Source: a virus. From it: a stretch of DNA of 64,000 nt. Numbering within the stretch: position 1 is the stretch's first letter; each line of letters begins with the position of its first letter. The position numbers and the translations under genes were made by a program. Positions 62,420 to 64,000 of this stretch are shown here, piece after piece. The notes below the pieces were generated by a model. It made no database searches and was not told the origin of the DNA. It saw nothing but the letters and a program-made list of their open reading frames with translations. The DNA is taken from positions 64,001 through 128,000 of the IMG/VR virus record IMGVR_UViG_3300005096_000137; one strand, 5' to 3'.

Positions 62420-62914
62420 ATGGATCTTGTAATAATTGCAGCGGTCGCGGACAACGGAGTGATTGGGCTGGCTGGGAAGATGCCTTGGCATCTCCCTGAT
62501 GATTTGTCTGACTTCCGCGAACGAACCCTAGGTCACCCTCTCATCATGGGGCGGAATACCTTCCGCTCGACTGGTGTGTTACCCGGGCGGGACACCATCA
62601 TTCTCACCAGGGATGTGAACTTCCGTATCCGTGACCCTTGCTGTCATACCGCGAACACGTTGGAACACGCCTATGACATTGCAAAACGTATTGCTGAGCC
62701 CGAAGGGGTGACCAAGGCGTTTGTCTGTGGAGGTGCTGAGATATACCGACTGGCAATGCCCGCCATCACTATGATGTACATTAGCTGGCTGGATGTCCAG
62801 ACTCAGGGCGACACTTATTTCCCGGCGATCAATCCCAGATATTGGTGTGTCAAATACGAGAAGAGGACGTCCTATGGGTGCGTCACAAAGTACATTCGGC
62901 AAAGAAGCGACTAG
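62420..62914 (+). CDS. folA: dihydrofolate reductase
   Basis: IAAVADNGVIG, MPWHLPDDL..F, IMGRNTF, LPGR, GGAEIY, GDTYFP. Confidence 0.95.
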   Translation: MDLVIIAAVADNGVIGLAGKMPWHLPDDLSDFRERTLGHPLIMGRNTFRSTGVLPGRDTIILTRDVNFRIRDPCCHTANTLEHAYDIAKRIAEPEGVTKAFVCGGAEIYRLAMPAITMMYISWLDVQTQGDTYFPAINPRYWCVKYEKRTSYGCVTKYIRQRSD

Positions 62915-62919
62915 TGCCC

Positions 62920-62947
62920 TTGACAAACCCCTGGTGCAACCTATACT
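62920..62947 (+). promoter_or_regulatory. sigma70-type promoter
   Basis: TTGACA-16-TATACT. Confidence 0.75.
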
Positions 62948-62986
62948 CTTGGGGTACCCCAATGCGTCCAGGACAGGCAAGGTAAC

Positions 62987-63370
62987 ATGGCAACATCACA
63001 GCAAATCAAAGATGTCACAGTGGAACTAGAGCGGCGGGGCTTCTCTGCGGTTCCGATACCAGGGGACGTCACTAACAAGGGAACTATTTGGAATGTCCCT
63101 ATACGTCGCTTTGCCAGGTGCTATCAGATCCAAATCACTCAGACACCACCCCCACCCATATGGTTTACGCTCGGGCTAGTGGTATGGCGCGCTGGGCAAG
63201 TTGCGACAGGTCAATCATTCCTTGAGTATACTGCCAAAGCAAACAGGGATGCCTGTGGCATTGCATGGGCGGAATTTGAGAGCGACTGGCTTGGGCTCCA
63301 ACGGCTCGGCGTTGATATCAACGAGCTTGGGCAACTGTCAGAGATGTTCGTTCCATTTGAGATTCTGTAA
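62987..63370 (+). CDS. hypothetical protein, GQ.FLE family
   Basis: VVWRAGQVATGQSFLEYT...WLGLQRLG. Confidence 0.7.
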   Translation: MATSQQIKDVTVELERRGFSAVPIPGDVTNKGTIWNVPIRRFARCYQIQITQTPPPPIWFTLGLVVWRAGQVATGQSFLEYTAKANRDACGIAWAEFESDWLGLQRLGVDINELGQLSEMFVPFEIL

Positions 63371-63404
63371 GATTGAGCAATAAAATCTATTCAAGGAGAA
63401 GAGT

Positions 63405-63782
63405 ATGAAGTACCGACCATCACGCGCTGCAACACTCAACGATTGGGGCTTCACAGTGAAGACTCGTTTCGACGAGCCCCAACCCACCGTGTCTTTATTC
63501 CTGGGGACAGGTGCTTACACCTTCAATGTAGGTACCCCTAGAGATATGTCAGTGGTTCAAGCCCTGCGACACCTCATCCCACGCGCCAGGCTTGTGTCCC
63601 GACACCCTGCGTATCACGACTTCGCCGAGTCACTACCCCACAAGGGCGTCACTTGGGATCAGTACCAAGCCTGTCAGCGTGACCTCCAAGGTCTCCAGTC
63701 ACTTGGGTTGGATGAGATTGACCTCATGCACCTGGCAAACCTTACCCAATCCCCGGAGTGTTACTTGCGCGATGAGATTTAA
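63405..63782 (+). CDS. hypothetical protein, diverged GQ.FLE family
   Basis: AAGGAG RBS; A.LV...DFA...YQAC...GLQSLG. Confidence 0.65.
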   Translation: MKYRPSRAATLNDWGFTVKTRFDEPQPTVSLFLGTGAYTFNVGTPRDMSVVQALRHLIPRARLVSRHPAYHDFAESLPHKGVTWDQYQACQRDLQGLQSLGLDEIDLMHLANLTQSPECYLRDEI

Positions 63783-64000
63783 CGAAATAGATGATAATAT
63801 CGTAGACCTCTGTAAAAAGTCCGAGATCCTCATTAAACAGCAATGTGACGAGTTTGCGTTCCAGGATAGTGGGGAGTCGCTGTTGGCTCTAATGTCCAAT
63901 TCGCTGGCGTATATCACATCCTGGCCAGATGCTCCAATGGTAACACCTGATCAGGCAATTCTGGTGTATGCTCAACGAGGAATGCTTGCCCACTTCCACG
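63772..64000 (+). CDS. hypothetical protein, 3'-truncated by window edge
   Basis: Open from ATG at 63772 to the end. Confidence 0.5.
   Translation, partial: MRFNEIDDNIVDLCKKSEILIKQQCDEFAFQDSGESLLALMSNSLAYITSWPDAPMVTPDQAILVYAQRGMLAHFH

Noticed and set aside
1-64000. Minus-strand ORFs and alternative genetic code
   Set aside because: Minus-strand ORFs shadow well-supported + genes and show no motifs. Standard-code ORFs tile the window densely, so there is no sign of stop recoding.

Overview
This 64 kb window looks like part of a large tailed dsDNA phage genome. Every credible gene is on the + strand and tightly packed, and many modules have their own sigma70-type promoter. The host is unknown; a Tat-rich Gram-negative such as a Planctomycete is only a guess. 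No terminase, portal or contiguous morphogenesis operon is visible. Replication and nucleotide genes include a SNF2 helicase end, family A DNA polymerase with Zn-finger inserts, ATP-dependent ligase, exonucleases, intein-containing class II RNR, ThyA, DHFR, dCMP deaminase, MazG and PhoH. Counter-defence candidates include three DNA MTases, an ArdA-like protein and a MESH1-like alarmone hydrolase, and there are many tandem paralog families. Two systems stand out. (1) Eight twin-arginine (Tat) signal proteins, five in one dedicated operon, carry passenger domains that look like trimmed copies of core phage proteins: a P22 gp5-type major capsid protein, a probable tail tube protein, four copies of an SSB-like protein and virion beta-repeat domains. 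They may be exported decoys. (2) A Ro60/TROVE locus has an array of Y-RNA-like ncRNAs: three minimal metazoan-like stem-bulge RNAs and three tRNA-shaped RNAs, two of which carry the Ro-binding module in place of the anticodon loop. An Rnl5 ligase and an RlaP nucleotidyltransferase lie elsewhere in the window. All family calls come from reading motifs by eye; no searches were run.
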